Shown: positions 1-15,899 of the stretch, piece by piece
Layout of the letters: the number at the start of each line of letters is the position of its first letter
Position numbering within the stretch: position 1 is the stretch's first letter
Assembly: GCF_009914755.1 (NCBI RefSeq)
Contig: NC_060940.1
DNA length: 64,000 nt
Source of the DNA: the human T2T-CHM13v2.0 reference genome, Homo sapiens
Direction: 5' to 3' (one strand)
Program-made: the position numbers and the translations under genes
The notes under the pieces: model-generated
Database searches by the model: none
Seen by the model: only the letters and a program-made list of their open reading frames with translations
Told to the model about the DNA's origin: nothing

Positions 1-643
1 ATTTAGATTTAGTTGTTGCATGTGGTGAAAGATGTAGATCAAAGTTCATATTTCTTGCATATGGCTATTTAGTTGTTCGAGCACCATTTGTTGAAATGAC
101 TATTCTCACTTCACTGAGTTGCCTTTGCATCTTTATAAAAAAATCAGTTGTTCATAAATGTGGGCCTATTTTGGCCTCTGTTTTGTTTCATTAATCTATT
201 TGTCTTCACACCAGTACCACACTGTCTTAATTATTGTAGCTTTATAATGAGTCTTGAAATCTAGTAGTGTTAGTCCTCCAACTTTTTAATTTTTTACAAA
301 GTTGTTTGAGCTATTCTGGGTCCTTTGCATATCCATTTGGAGTTTAGAATCAGCTTTTCAAGTTATACAAAACAGCCTGCTGGGATTTTTGACTGAGATA
401 TTGATAGTCAGTTTGGAGAGAATTGACTTCTTAACAACATTAAGTCTGGGTCTTCCAAACCAAGAACATGTTATTTCTCTCAATTTATTTATATTTTTTA
501 AAATTTCTCTAGGCAGTGTTTTTAAAGTAGAGATCTTACACATCTTTTGTCAGATTTATTCTAAATATTTTGTATTTTTTGGTGTTATTAAAATAGTATT
601 TTTTAAATTTTCAATATAAAATTACGTGGGTTTTTTTGGTGGG

Positions 644-1334
<691 letters not shown>

Positions 1335-3554
1335 TGAGTGCCTGTTACTTATTTTTCTTGCCTTATTGAACGAGCAGAACCTCTAGCAGAGCCTGTGTAA
1401 TGTTGAATAGAAATGTAAAAGTGGACATGCTTGTCTTGTTCCTCATATTAAAGGGAAAACACTAAGTCTTATTATTAAGTGTGATGTTAGCTATAGGTTT
1501 ATTGTGGACTCCTTTATCAGGTTGAGGATGTTCTCTTCTATTCCTAGTTTGCTGAGAGTTTTTAATCAGGAATGGATGTTGGATTTTGTTAGATATTTTT
1601 GAGCATCTATTGAGATAATCATATGGTTGTTATTTTTTAATTCGTTAATAGGGTGAATTGTATTGTGTATCGCATGGTAAACCAGCCTTACATTCCTAGG
1701 ATAAACCCCATTTGGTCATGTACCTTTTCTTATGTGTTGAATTTAATTTGTTAAAATTTTGTTTAGAATTTTTATATCTCTGCTCATGAGGGACATAAGA
1801 GCCTCTTCTAGTGTCTTTGGTTTTGGTATCAAGTTAATGCTGGCCTAATAGAACAAGATGGGGAGGATTTTCTCCTGTTCAATTTTATGAAAGAATTTAG
1901 ATAGAATTGGTATTACATTTTTCCTTAAACATCTGCTAGAATTCACCAGTGAAGCTATTTGGATCTAATGTTTTCTTTGAGAGATTTTAAACTACAAATT
2001 CAATTTTTAAAATAGATCTGTGGTTATTCAGGTTATTTATTTCTTCTTGAGTGAGTTTAGTAGTATCTTTCAAGGAATTTGTCCATTTCATCTAAGTTGT
2101 TGAATTTATTGGCTTAAAGTTTTTCATAATATTCCCCTATTAGCATAGAATCTATGATGACGTTGCCTCTCTCACTCCTGATATTGGTAATCTGTGTCTT
2201 CTCTCTTTTTTCCTGATCAGTCCAACTGGAGGTTTATCAATTTTATTTACCTTCTCAAAGAACCAGCTTTTGGTTTATTGATTTTTCTCGATTTTTTTGT
2301 TTTCTGTTTCATTGATTTTTCTGCTCTTTTCTTCACTGCTTTCTCTTTTCTGCTTACTCTCTCTGTGGGTACACATAATTATGTAGGGTTTTTTTTTTTT
2401 TTTGCTAAGTTTTTCTGATTTTAAGGGTAAAGTGTAGTTCATTTCAGATGCTGATTTGAGCTGTTTCCTCTCTAAGACATATAAGATATTGAGGCTCAGA
2501 GAAGTTAAGACACAAAGTTAAGATATATAGCCTATGTCCTTTTTCTTATAGTGTAATAACTATGGTAGAAGCAAGTAGAGGTGCAGAGGGAATACACAGA
2601 ATAGTGCTTAGCTTGTGAGGAGTGGCATGAGGAGAGCCCCTTGGAGAAGTTGGTGTCTCAGGTATCGTATTTTGGTGAATTCTATGGATAAATCTATCAG
2701 ACCAAACCCAAATTATTAGTTCTTAAAGTTTATTTTACATTGACTACACATCTCCTTCTTGGTTGCTGTATTGTGAAAAATGAGTTAGAATATGCCAGGA
2801 GTAATTTTGCACACAGCTGATGTTCCTTTGGGTTTGATTGACAAATCTACTTTCAATTTCTATTAACACTGTTTGTGGTGGTCATGGTAACTGTAGCTGT
2901 AATAGTTTTGGCAAGTGTTGCTGACAAGATTCTGTTGAAGAGGAGGAAAACTTGGGGGTAGAGTGAGGTGAGATTATTATAAAGATCTACATCAGTATCC
3001 CACTGAAAACTTAGGGTCACTTAGTAACAGGTATTTCTCCAATAAACTATTCCTTGTTTAAGACAAGTTCTGAGTTTTTTTAAAAAAGGATTTTCATCAT
3101 TAAAAAGGCATAGAATTCTATGATTTTTTAAATAAGTGGAGTGAAACCAGCCTAATGTAATAACATCTTCTCAGTGTCCCTATTAGAAAGTTTGAGTTCC
3201 TCTCCAATTTAAATCAAGGTACTATATTTAGGTATTTTGAAAAATACATAACAGCTGTTTGCTGAGAGGCACTAATGGGACTGGTGGTCAATTGTAGGGA
3301 AGAAACAAAAGGAGAAAAATAGAGGAGTTATTTTCAAATGGCCATGAGGGCAGAGGGTTTGTGTGTATTATTTTAGTTTCTCTTTAAAGAAAAATAAAGT
3401 GCAACCTGAGTCTTTTTAAAAAAAAAAAAAGAAATTGTGGTTGAAAGAGCAAGCTGCTCCTTTGATAGTTTGATTTTCAAAGTTAAAACTTAATTTTGTA
3501 GAGGAGAAAACAGCAAGTGGGCTAAGCAGCTAGTTTTGTGACAGTGCAAGAACC

Positions 3555-3680
3555 AGAATCCAGACTCTTGAGTCAGGAAACTGGGTTCTAATCCTGACTC
3601 TTAATCACGGGCTTAACGTCGCCTCTTCATTGGTAAAGTGGAGATGATAATGATACCTTTCTTCCAGTTGGGGGTGAAAT
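3555..3680 (+). mobile_element. MIR fragment
   Basis: gagtcaggaaactgggttctaatcctgactc ... gtaaagtggagatgataatgatacct, MIR core-like. Confidence 0.65.
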
Positions 3681-4269
3681 GACAAAATGTGTTGAGTTAT
3701 CACTCGTACATGTTTAATATTTTGGGTAGGGAACCATTTTCCCCCCTCTCAAGGACTCAAGAAAATAATTAAGGGTCATATACAGATAAGAAGATATTTA
3801 CTTTAGAGTTTTTGTGTTTTCTAGAGTAAATTCAACTCACCCACCACATCTACGTTTAGACTTACAGATATTATTTATTCTAATTAAACAAATGCAACTG
3901 AATTTCCATGTGTTTATACTTGCTTTAAAAACTGTTAGCTCTTCAGTGTTAAAGATTGGCTCTTTAGTTTCATTTGTTCTCAAACTTTCTGTGTCCAGCA
4001 AACAATGCAGTATGTTAAAACATGGTATTATTTCTCTTGTTACATGCCTTGGAGTTTAATAATATTCACATAGTATGTGTGTCTGCCTTTTTCCCTTTCA
4101 TGGTAGGTACTTTAGAATGTGCAGTTTTCTCTATCTGGGGGCATGCTGTTGCATTAGCTTTAAGGTGAAAGGAGAAGGTGAAGTAGAGCATGTTGAGTGA
4201 TACAAAGTCTTGGAGTAGAGAGACCATTTGTATATCAGCTCCCTTTGCCAGGAGTGCCCTCTCTTTCTT

Positions 4270-4572
4270 CCACATCTGCCTCTACTTTACAATCTTATTC
4301 TTTGAGACTCAGCTCCAGCACTTACTTCCTCTGGGATCCCTTTGCTGATCCTTGGCCAGTTGTGTTAAAACCCCTCCCTCTGCACACCTCCTTGCTTTCA
4401 CAGCACTTTGCTCTCATCTAATATTCTTTACCACACTATGTTGTGATGTCTGTTTTCTTGTCTGGCTTCCTTACTTACCTTAAAGTCAGGGAATAGATCT
4501 TACTCATCTCCATATCCCAGCACCCAGCAAAACTCCTGATCAAAGGTGCTCAGGGAAATTTTATTGAATAGG
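4270..4572 (+). mobile_element. L2 3' end fragment
   Basis: atatcccagcacccagca...ggtgctcag...tttattgaata resembles the L2 3' terminus. Confidence 0.65.
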
Positions 4573-4900
4573 AAGCCTTGAGTTCAGCGAATAAAGTTCA
4601 GAGAGTGATGAGAATATACAATTTATCCTAACAAGGGTATTTCTTCTTCCATATTTGGAGGGGGGATATGGGGGAGGGTGTTTGTTTGTTTTTTCACTAA
4701 GGAAATGTCTGAGCTGTAAGAATGAGTTCAGGGATTTCCTTAGTGCCCTTGACAGCCCTTGTGCCTTTACTCAGTGCTGATTAGATTCAGGGACTTTATG
4801 GGACCCTGGAATACACCCATGGATTCCTGTTTCCATTGCTGAAATCAGGAGAAATGGAATCCTGCTGCAGTGTACTACACACTGCAGTTATACACATTGG

Positions 4901-5051
4901 CCAGTTTGCTACAAATATAGTCTGCTTCTAATGCCTTCGTCAAAGTCAGTCCAGCCAAGGATTGGCATAAATTAGCCCAGTTTGCTACAAATATAGTCTG
5001 CTTCTAATGCCTTCGTCCAAGTCAGTCCAGCCAAGGATTGGCATAAATTAG
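4901..5051. repeat. 76-bp tandem duplication, 2 copies
   Basis: 4901-4975 and 4977-5051 are identical except for one substitution (gtcaaag vs gtccaag). Confidence 0.97.
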
Positions 5052-6663
5052 GTGTTGAAATAGAAATTATTGAAATTGAAAGAGTAGCAGTTTTAAAGAG
5101 GCAACTGGCCTCTGTTTCTCTATCTTTACTGTAGAGAAATATTAAGAATTTAAGCTCTCTGCAGTCAGATGAATTTGTAACTTCCCTGTGGGAGAAACTC
5201 TGCCTGGTTTCTGGCTGCTGAGACATAGAAACCATGATTTAGTATTGGCTGGGATTGAGGAAAAAAATAATGAAATGACATGATAAAGTGACATTTGTAC
5301 TGAAGTATAATCTCCCTACTTCATAGATGACAGTTTCTTTTCAGAGGGTGCTCTTAACCAGAGTGAAAAAACTTATAAAAATTACAAATGAATTTTGACA
5401 TGTTATAGAGTGGAGGGTGTGTTTAGGTATGAGGCCAGGCCCTGAACTGAAATTTAGCCAGAAAGACTGAACACTGTGTATTTATTCAGATAGGAAGGAC
5501 CCCTAAAGGTGTGACTGTCTGGGCTGAGCATAGAATGAGCACTTTCTCTTTCATTACCTTTTCACCATTTCTAAGGGTTTCTGATAGAGACATCAGGGAG
5601 CAACATGACATGGTCTCATTTACTCCTGAAATTCATGTTCTCCACAGCAGCAGAAGCACTGGTGAGCAAGTAGACTTTACAAGGAAGCTTATCCAGTAGA
5701 CTGATGCCTGTACATTTTACACTCAGGCAGGATGACATGGTGCAGTTCTGTGAGTCTCTTCCTGTAGCAGAGCCTTAGCTTTCAGATGTATCAATAAATC
5801 TCAGTACTATTTGAAGGCTTCATTATTCAAAGTGTTGGGGTTTCGCTTTATAAACAAAAAGTACCCCATTTGTCATAAGGAATCCAAACAAAAAAATGAG
5901 AATTGTTTTCGTTTATATGCAGTTATTTCCAGCAGTAAGTTGTGAGAAAGGTTTTTAAAACATAAGCATGAGAACCTCAGTAAATTTTATATGAAATCTT
6001 TTCCTTTAGGATTTACTTAATGCAGGGATGTAGGCACCGCAGTCCATTTTCACGGAATAGCTATTCCATTCATTGGATAGCCCTCCCAATTCGGATGTTT
6101 GATTGATCATATCTACATTTTGTTGGCCTGCCATGTTGAAGACATTGTAGCTGAGTAGTTAGAGGACACATGGCACTGAAGCGTATTGACATTTCTGCTT
6201 CGTTATCCTTGTTAGAACTTAGGGCTGTCAGGATGCCATCAGTGCCCCTTTCTTGGTCTGATAATTAGGAGTGGAGGGAGTGGATGAAAGTACGAGGCCA
6301 TCTGTTTAAAAAAAAGTAAGTGAACTGATGCCCAGAACTAATGGAAAATTTAGTGTTATAGAAGTCAGTAAACTCTCAGAAAGTGAGCATTCTAATTAAG
6401 AATGAAAAATGGAACCCATTATTTCTTTCCTTTGAGTGAAAATAACTGAGCTGATAGAGGCCTTGGGAAGTTCTCATACTACCCCTTGTACCTCATTGCT
6501 GTCTTTTAAATTAGACCAGAGAAGTTTCTCCTTTGTCTCTTTCCTAAATTGTTGATGACATCTTTTATAAAAGGTCATCAGAAAGGAATGATGTTTACTT
6601 TAAAAAAAGAAAAGTTGCACTTTGTATAGCTATGCCCTGATTAGATGTATCCTTCTCTTATGA

Positions 6664-6958
6664 TTTTTTTTTTTTTGAGACAGGGTCTCGCTCTGTTGCC
6701 CAGGCATCAGTGCGGTGGCATAACCATGGCTCACTGCAGCCTTAAACTCCTGTGCTCAAGTAATCCTCCTGCCTCAGCCTCCCGAGTAGCTGGAACTATA
6801 GGCACGTGCTACCGTACCCAGCTAATTTTTAAAATTTTTTGTAAAGATAGGGTCTCACTGTGTTGCCCAGGCTGGTCTCAAACTCCTGGCCTTAAGTGAT
6901 CCTCTCACCTCAGCCTCCCAAAGTGCTGGGATTACAGGTGTGAGCCACAGCACCTGGA
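6664..6958 (-). mobile_element. AluJ
   Basis: polyT-gagacagggtctcgctctg ... gtgagccacagcacctgg with J-type features. Confidence 0.92.
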
Positions 6959-7329
6959 CTCTTAAGGGTATTTTAGATTTGTGAATTAATAAGATGCTGT
7001 CCTTTTGTCAATGAAAACTCTAGTACTTATGAAAAAATAAGCTTTACTGTCATTATTAAAGTTAAGGTGTTCTTAAAGACGTAAAGTTAAAATGCTGTCA
7101 TTCTGTCTCTTCACACTAAGAACAAAAAGCAAGTGATTGTGAAGTATTTCAGTGGGTTGAACCTTAAGGTAGAGCTTGCCTTTCCTAGTATTATAAGGAG
7201 CACTTTCCCTAGTTGCTATGGAAACAAATATGAATTGTTGAAAGTTATGGTGTAGATTGTGATACAGATCTGCTGTGAAAGATAGATGTTGCAAACTAAG
7301 TCTCTTAATGCTACCACAATAATGATTTC

Positions 7330-7645
7330 AAGAACAGATATTTACTGTACACTTGTGTGTGTGGTAGGTACTGTGCTAGAAACCTGGGAATGGAGGTGAA
7401 AAGGCAAGGTTCTCAACCCCATGGAGCTCAGATTCTCCTGGTAAATAATAAACAGACACATGGACTAGAGCAGGAGGTAGATAGAATGGCAGTGAGTGCC
7501 AGGTGCAGTGGGAGTGCTGCTGAGGGGAGTTGGGGAGTGCTTGCCGTGACTTTAAGGATGTGTAGCAATTTGCCAGTAGAGAGGTGGGACGAAGGTGGTG
7601 TTCCTACAAGGGAAACTGCATAGGTAAGGGCTGAGAGGTGAGGAG
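7330..7645 (-). mobile_element. L2 fragment
   Basis: ggtactgtgctaga...ccatggagctcagattct, antisense L2 3' end. Confidence 0.6.
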
Positions 7646-7744
7646 TTACTTTAAATCAGTTCTTTCAAATCACTATACTTCTTACCTATACTGTTAAGAA
7701 ATATTTGGGGGATCTTAAATTTTTGAATTCATGGGCTGATCGAG

Positions 7745-7905
7745 TGTAGACTGAATCAGCTACGCCACTTGACTGTAACTATGTGAGTGAGTTATTTAGC
7801 CTCTCCAAACCTCATGGGGTTGCTGTGAGGATTAAATGGGAGACTCTCTGTAAAGGGTAGAGCTCAAAGTTTGACATTTAGTAAGCTCTAAGTAAACATG
7901 AATTG
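7745..7905 (+). mobile_element. MIR fragment
   Basis: gagttatttagcctctc...ggggttgctgtgaggattaaatg. Confidence 0.7.
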
Positions 7906-8347
7906 CTTTTTGGCAGTAACAATATTATCTTCTGGTAATTTTGAAGGCTTTTGTAAGAGTGAGGGTATCATGTTTTTAAAACATTTCCCATGCTTGCTGG
8001 ATGACAAATCTTGTTTGTAGTACCCTATTGAATACCTAGTATGAGGTCAGCATTGGGCTGGGACTCAGTGAGGGGAATTATACATCGCTCCTATCCCTAG
8101 GCAGCTTCCAACTTAGTTGAGAATGAAAATGGACAAATAGAAAATAAGAGTAAAATTGTATGTTCAAGTGTGCTAAATGGCTGCATACAGGTTTTCAGTA
8201 TATCACAGTAGTAGTATTGCTTGTGTGGCCCATTTACTGTTTTCCAGGAGGTCTAGGCGTAGGTTACCAGAGAGAAACAGAACATAGAAATGGCAGTTAA
8301 AACCAAAAGAGTTGAAAACTCAGAAAAAAAATTTAATAGAAAAGAGC

Positions 8348-8512
8348 TTAGCTGGGTATGGTGGCACATGCCAGTAATCTCAGCTACTCGTGCGGCTGAA
8401 GCAGCAGAATCACTTGAACCTGAGAGGTGGAGATTACAGTGAGCCGAGACCGTGCCACTGCACTCCATCCTGGGTGACAGAGCAAGACTCTGTCTCAAAC
8501 AAAAAAACAAAA
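8348..8512 (+). mobile_element. Alu right arm only (5' truncated)
   Basis: ttagctgggtatggtggcacatgcc ... gactctgtctcaaacaaaaaaac. Confidence 0.9.
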
Positions 8513-8594
8513 ACGGAGGAAAAAGTCTTTTCTGTGTGGTGGACCTGCTGGCCGTAAGAGAGAAGCAGTTGCCTCTGTGGTGTGATTCTGGGGC

Positions 8595-8642
8595 TCACGC
8601 CTAGAATCTCTCTCCCATTCACGCCTAGAATCTCTCTCCCAT
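8595..8642. repeat. 24-bp perfect tandem duplication
   Basis: tcacgcctagaatctctctcccat x2. Confidence 0.97.
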
Positions 8643-11600
8643 GGAATTGAAATTCCATCATTTTGCAGGACCACCAGGAGTAGCCAACCACACATCTGTC
8701 ATTTTCATTTTAGCACGAAGGGGTTTATCATATTATTTCCAGACAATAGTTTTGGACCAGATACAAGGTTTAAGAACACTAGGCATAGAATAAATGGTGA
8801 GCACAGTTGGGGAAGAGGGGTGAATGTACTAGATGACAGACTTCATTTTGGTCTCTAGGACACTCTCCAACAAATAGTTCAAGAACCAATTCTGCATGAC
8901 TGCCCTGTGCCAGCTACTGTGTTAGAAACTAGGGATAGATGCATAGGTGAAAAGATGAGCTCCTCCACCTCCGTGAGCTTTAGGCTTATGGACAGATGGA
9001 AAGATAAAGATAAACAGATAAATGTAATGCACATGGGGAACAGTTGCTGGAGAGGAGGATACAGGGTCAGCATACCCAGTGTGAGGTACACCAAGGAAGA
9101 GGGCACAGTAGGTGTTGTTGGGATCTGTAGAAGACATGCCTGCCTTTGGTCTAACACCACTTTATCGTCTTCTCCAAGTGTCTAGTCCCAGGTAAGGACA
9201 GGGAGACCTGAACTTTCGTTTCAGATATTGGCCACCCCTGCCTTCTATTCCTATCACTGCGTCTCTACCAGGGACCCCTTTTCTGCAGTGGGTCCAGGCC
9301 ACAGCAGTGGACTGTGGTTCTTCCAGGGTTGGTGCTTAGAGTAAATTGAGCTAATAATTTCTACCTGGCTTCAGTCTTTAGACCAGGGTCACATGCTTCT
9401 GGGAGCCCTGGATCTGAAAGAACTGCTGGGCCCGATGCTAGATGCTGTGAAGGAGTAGTATTGGGGTGGGTTAAAGAACATTCAGGAAATGGAATTATTT
9501 ACAGTTTTGCATGTCTCTATTGCTCTTTCTTAGACAGAACAAGTATATATGGAGTCCTCTACCACATGTGAATCTTGAATATTTGAATAAGATGAACTTC
9601 TAGCGTTCAGGAAAGAACACTGTGAGGACATGAGGTTGAGTTTCATCATAAGCTTAAGTTCATTTAACAACCCTTGATAGAACATTTCTAAATGCATAGT
9701 GGTAACATACTGAATTATGCAGGGAGAGAATTTAGAGCCAATGGACAACATAATCATCTGTCTGGCTGTGTACATGTTAGCTGTTAAAGTCAATATGTGA
9801 GAGATGGTCAAGTAAGCTAACTGCGGGGGAACTTGGCCACTTTGTAGAAATTTGGAAAGTAACATTTAAGACTCCTACCCCAGGAGGTTACTTCTCTCTC
9901 CCCTTGGATTGGAGATTCTGGATGCATTTTATTTTTATTTTTAAAGAGAATACTCAGTTATTTCTCAGAATAGAAAATAATTATTAGAGTTACATTCTGA
10001 AAAGCTGTAGTTATTGGTGAACTTATTATGTGTGTGTTCATATGTTTTAATCAAAATGATTTCATGATGATAGCAGCAACTTCACCAACAAAGAAAACCT
10101 TTCCCCCATCGTCTCCCCTGCCGAATACAGTAGCTTGATATTTGGGACTTTTAAGGCCAGAAGTGTTAATGTCTGTTATTTACTGGAAGCATATGTGCAC
10201 CCCTCTGTAGTAATTCGAAAATTGTATAATCCATTTTAAACTTTGTACCCATTTCTATTTTATTTGTCATTTTTTCTATTCCTGGCTTGATTTAAGTAGC
10301 AAAATTATTAGAAGAAATTGATCTTTAAAGGATTTAAGGCTTACCTGTCCAAAGGCTTAAATATAATTTCTTCATTGTTTCTTAGCAATTTCTATAAAAA
10401 TATGGTATTATTTTTATACAGGAAGCTGAAAAAGCAGGCTGTTCCCAAGGAAGCTGTTGTGTAGTTCCTTCCTTTCTAAAGTTTAAGCTGAATGCTTTTC
10501 CTCACTCTAAGTTCAAGGGCTTAGTTTACACGCATAAAAATAAACTGAACAGCACCTGCCACTTAGTCACAAAAGAGAATGTCTCGAAGCCACTAAGCAA
10601 ACGGATGTACTCAGTTTAAGTTTCTGAGATGCTTGAAGTGTGTGGTTAAAAAAAAAATTTAATTTCAAAATGAATAGTATGAGGATATCAAGAAGAAAAC
10701 ATAAACCAAAAGGTGAGGTTTGATACCTGAATTGGGTACATTTTAATTGCAGAATTGTCATCACTGCAGATACTGGTACTTAATACGTTCAAATAGTTCA
10801 GTACTGTCCACTCTAAATAGCTATTTTAATATGGACAGCTTGCCAAAGTCCGTGGTACCTTGTTAAAGTCCTTGTTGACACCGATGGAGAAGATGAGATC
10901 ACCAAGTTGTCCATTTTTATTTAGTATAAGTAATTGTCCCTGGTTACCATAAGAACCGTGGAAGCTATGTTTTTGTAAACTTCTTTCAAAGTTCTGAAGT
11001 CAGTAGGAAATTATCTAGAAACTCCTGTTTTATTCATGAATGTTGCCTGTAAAGAAATGTAGAGGCCCTGCTAAAAATTATAGAGTACTTCTTGTTGTCA
11101 GTAGAGTACTATGAGCTGACAGTATAAAGAATATCAAATACAAATTCCAGTGTTTGCCAGGGAACCATACACATGGCTCAAGATTTTCATCACAAATCAG
11201 CCAAACAGCATCTTAAATTCTGTTCCTGAGTCAGAAAAGGAGAGGAAAAAGGAAACCATAAGGGTCAATATGGTTTGCCCTTTAATCTCAAAATCATTTT
11301 AATGATCCTTAGAGTAGAGCTTGTGTCTTATTTACTCTACTACCTTGAAATATGGACTTACTAGAAACATCAAAACAGTGTCTGGAGAAGTCTCAAAGTC
11401 TGAGCTGGGCTCCCTATGAAGGGGCAAGGCAAGCTTATCTTCAGGAAAGTCCTGGGGTAAAGCCAGACCAGCAGCCTTGAAGCCCTGGTGGCTGAGAGCT
11501 AATCCTCCTGGACCAGATATGTGCAGAGGCCAAAACCACATGGCTGGTTCCCTGGTAGAGTTTTTGACAGTGCGAGTTTAGGCCTTGGGTCAGGGTGGGC

Positions 11601-11664
11601 AAATAGGAAACTGAGAATGGATCCTATAAGAGGCGGTGGAGTAGTGAAGGAGCTCTGAAGGCAG

Positions 11665-11830
11665 TCAGGGAGGTAGGGTTCTAGTGCCAGCTTTGTCAGC
11701 AACTAGTTTTGTGACATTAGACAAATCTCTTCATGTCTTTGGGCCTCCACTTCCTCATTTATAAACTGGGGGAGCTGAATCCCATAACCTCAGAGGTCCT
11801 GGCCCCTTTAAGCTTCAAAGTGCTGTGATT
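11665..11830 (+). mobile_element. MIR/MIR3 fragment
   Basis: gggttctagtgccagctttg...gggcctccacttcctcatttataaa. Confidence 0.65.
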
Positions 11831-13849
11831 CCAGGCTCTCTACCAGTACAGTGCCATGCCTTCCATTTTGCAGCAGCCACACCACCCTCTCCTGGAATTT
11901 CGGCTTGAAACTCATCCACAGCATGCCATCAGTCACCAGGTTCTGTCCATTTTTTCTCTAGGAAATGTCTTGTCTTTTTCCTTTCTCCTCCTCGCTGCTC
12001 CACGTGAGACCAGGCTTTAGTTATATTTGTCAGGATGACTACATCATCCTCTTGCCTTCCACCCTTTCTCTGCCCCAAGGCCCCAAACTTGCCCCTATTC
12101 CCAGCGTGAATCCCTCCTTTCCCATCCTGTCCCGTCCCATCTCATGCTCTGAATCTCGTCTCCCTTAAACAGTACTTCCATCATGAGCATTTTCTTGCTC
12201 AGAAATCATCAACCTGCTCTGTGGTTTTTAAGATCCTCTGTAATCTGATCCCACCCTATCCATCTAACTTTGTTTTCTCTTTCTAACACACCCTGCAGTG
12301 TAACAATACCGATTTTTTGCTGTTTATATGAGCATTCCATGTTTTTTCCTACTTCTGTAACTTCCTTTGTTTCTTTCCCCTAAATACCTTAGCCTATAAA
12401 TTTAAGAAATTGAGAGGTAAAAAGAGATAGGATAACTGAATAAAGTTCTGCAGATTGGAGGTGCAGGTGGTAGAGGGAGAGGTGGGGTTAACCCTGGAAA
12501 GAAGAAAATAACATTTGGGAGGCAGCAGGGAAAGACAAGTAGATGTTAAACATGCAGAGATTTTGAGTCAGAGAGAAGGAAGTTTTAAGAAGCTTGCTCA
12601 CATCAAGTGGCCTTTGCCCTTAATAAAATAGAAGCCAAGCTCATCTGCTCAGTGATGAGGGGGTGGTGCTGGGTCCTGAAGGAGGTAGAAAATCCCCACT
12701 TGCTGTGGACATTGAGGTGAACATTCACTAGAGGTGAATAAAGAACTTCAGAAACATTGAGAATCCAGTTGAAGTTGCTTAACGTGAATTTGGTGGACTC
12801 ATTTCAGTTTTCTGGATGTGCTTGGTGCTTGGCTTCAAGGACCTGCATGGGCAAACTGAGAGTTGGGTATTGGTATTGCTGAAGTGGCTCTATCCCCTCT
12901 ACCACCCACTGCCAGCTTCTAACCTATATGAAGAGGCAAACAAGAGGGAGGGGCTGACTAACCTGGAAGAGGGAGGTGCTGAAGCCTCAGAGAGGTGTTG
13001 TGTCCATTCATCGTTCACTCCCTGGTTCCCCCTTTTTCTCGGTCCTCTGGCGCCTCTTTCTACCTTTCACCCTCAATTGATGGCTTTGCTTCCAAATGCT
13101 GAAAACACAGAAGGAATGAGAAGAGAACATCTGCAGACTCCACTGCCACACCCACCTGGGTGTGTGCTTGTGCTCAGCTGTCCCTCCATACGGTGGCTGG
13201 GCGCTCTGAGCTCCCGTCCAGGGCGCTCCTTCTTACTGGGTACCATCCCCCCTGATCTCTCAAGGGCATTGCTTCACTGATTTGTGTCCTCCCACCCCAT
13301 CAGTTCTTCACTGTTCAAGGGCAGTGTGGAGTAGGGGCAGAGTGGGATTTAATCAGTGCTGAAGCTCTGCCGAACAGGTATAAAGAAACAATGGGGTTTA
13401 AATGAGTGACCCTGAAGCAGAAAGAGTAAGAGCCCATATCAAGGGAGGTAGGAAAGGAAAAAGGTGGCAGGATCAGTGGTGTGGAGACCCCGGTGGGATT
13501 AACGGATTGTTGGATCCAGAATTTGAGAGATAGCTAGGAGGCAGTGGTCAGAGGTAGGTGCGTGAAACTGGGGAGATCACGGAGTGTTCCTGGTTTAGGG
13601 AATGATCATGAGGTGAGTGGCTGAGGAAGAGTGGATGACGGGGTTCAAAGGTAGGAAATTCAAAGCTGAGGGCTCCAGAGAGCTGGCAGGAAGAGTGGTT
13701 TGGAAACAACAGTGATGAGCTGGCTCGCCTCCAAGCCTAGTAAAGCAGGAGGATTGTGAGAGGCAAAAATCACCACCACTTAAAAGGGCTGCAAAGGAAG
13801 CAGTGTCTTCCAGGTGAGAGCCAGGTTTCCCTGCTTCTTCTCTTATTCC

Positions 13850-14710
<861 letters not shown>

Positions 14711-15899
14711 TCAGTAAACAGGTACAGGAGGCCTAAAGAAGGAGGAAATGATTTATTCGCAGTAGGTGATTTCAGAATTCAGGATCTAGAGTGGGTGTAG
14801 GATGTGATTGTTATTGTGGGAGGTTGAAGTGGAGAGAATGGGATGATTCCTGTTGTTGAGGAAGCTGAGTTACTGGGACATTGGATAATTAGAAGGAATT
14901 CCAGCTCCTAGCTCGATGGCGGGAGACAACATGGAGAGAAAAACTACCAGTCAGGCCCATAATCATTAAGGAATTTAGGAGGGGCTGGGTGATCAATAGA
15001 GAACTCTAACAAAAATTAGAGAAGGGGGTTGGTTTAAAAAAAGCATATCCACAAAGAAAGTAGCAGTTATGAGGTGTTGCCCTCTCCCTACATCAAGCTT
15101 GTTTTGTTTCCTTAAATTTTCCAGGTACATTTAGTTAAATGTAAACTCTTCTGGTTTCATAGGTCTCTTGAATTTTTTTTAGAATAAAAAAATTACATAC
15201 ATAGAACTAATGTGTCAATGCTAGTTTTTAAAAGTCTGTTAACTCTGACATGGGATACCAAGAGCCTGTCAGTAAAAATAGTTGCTATGGATTGCCAGTT
15301 CCTTTGGATCTTTAGGGTCAAGTACTAGTATTTGCTTTTCAAACTGTAATAGGTTCAAAATACAGAGTATGATTTATACTGATATATTTGTGGTTGGAAA
15401 CTTTAATGTTGCCAATGTCTTCCCAATTGACATCTGAATATCTCAATTATGCTTCTGGTAAATTTATTATTTTAAAATGCCCTGCCAGACCATAGTGCTT
15501 TACAAAGTTGGCAGCATATTGCTGATGACCTAATTTTTTATTTGGACTCATTGTAAATGTTCTAAATGTTTCAGTATAGAACTATTCATTTTACCCATTT
15601 GAAGAGCATTTTAGGTATGTTTTAATACATGGAAGGATTATTTTCTTCTAGCCCAAATAAGCAAAAAACTTTTAAGTATGTATTTTCAATCTCAATTCCC
15701 ACATTTATTCTATTTTTAGGTTCCAGCTACCTTCCAGAACATCAGAAAGAGTAGTCCAATTTCAAATAGGATTTCTTCTGGGTAAAAGCTCGTTTCCTGC
15801 CTGCACTTGAGGCTGCGTTCCACCATGCTTGTGCTGGCTCTGAGTTTTGCCTCCCACCCTCAATTTCAACCATTATTTTATCCTATTCTCTGGTTTGCT

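Noticed and set aside
4901-5051. Direct repeats as CRISPR-like arrays
   Set aside because: Eukaryotic intron; only two abutting copies, no unique spacers and no cas genes.
12816-13280. 154-aa ORF
   Set aside because: No recognisable domain or convincing splice signals; lies in degenerate, probably L2-derived sequence.
15720-15781. Possible 62-nt 5'UTR cassette exon (tatttttag|G ... tgg|gtaaaa)
   Set aside because: Good acceptor but weak donor, with no other support.
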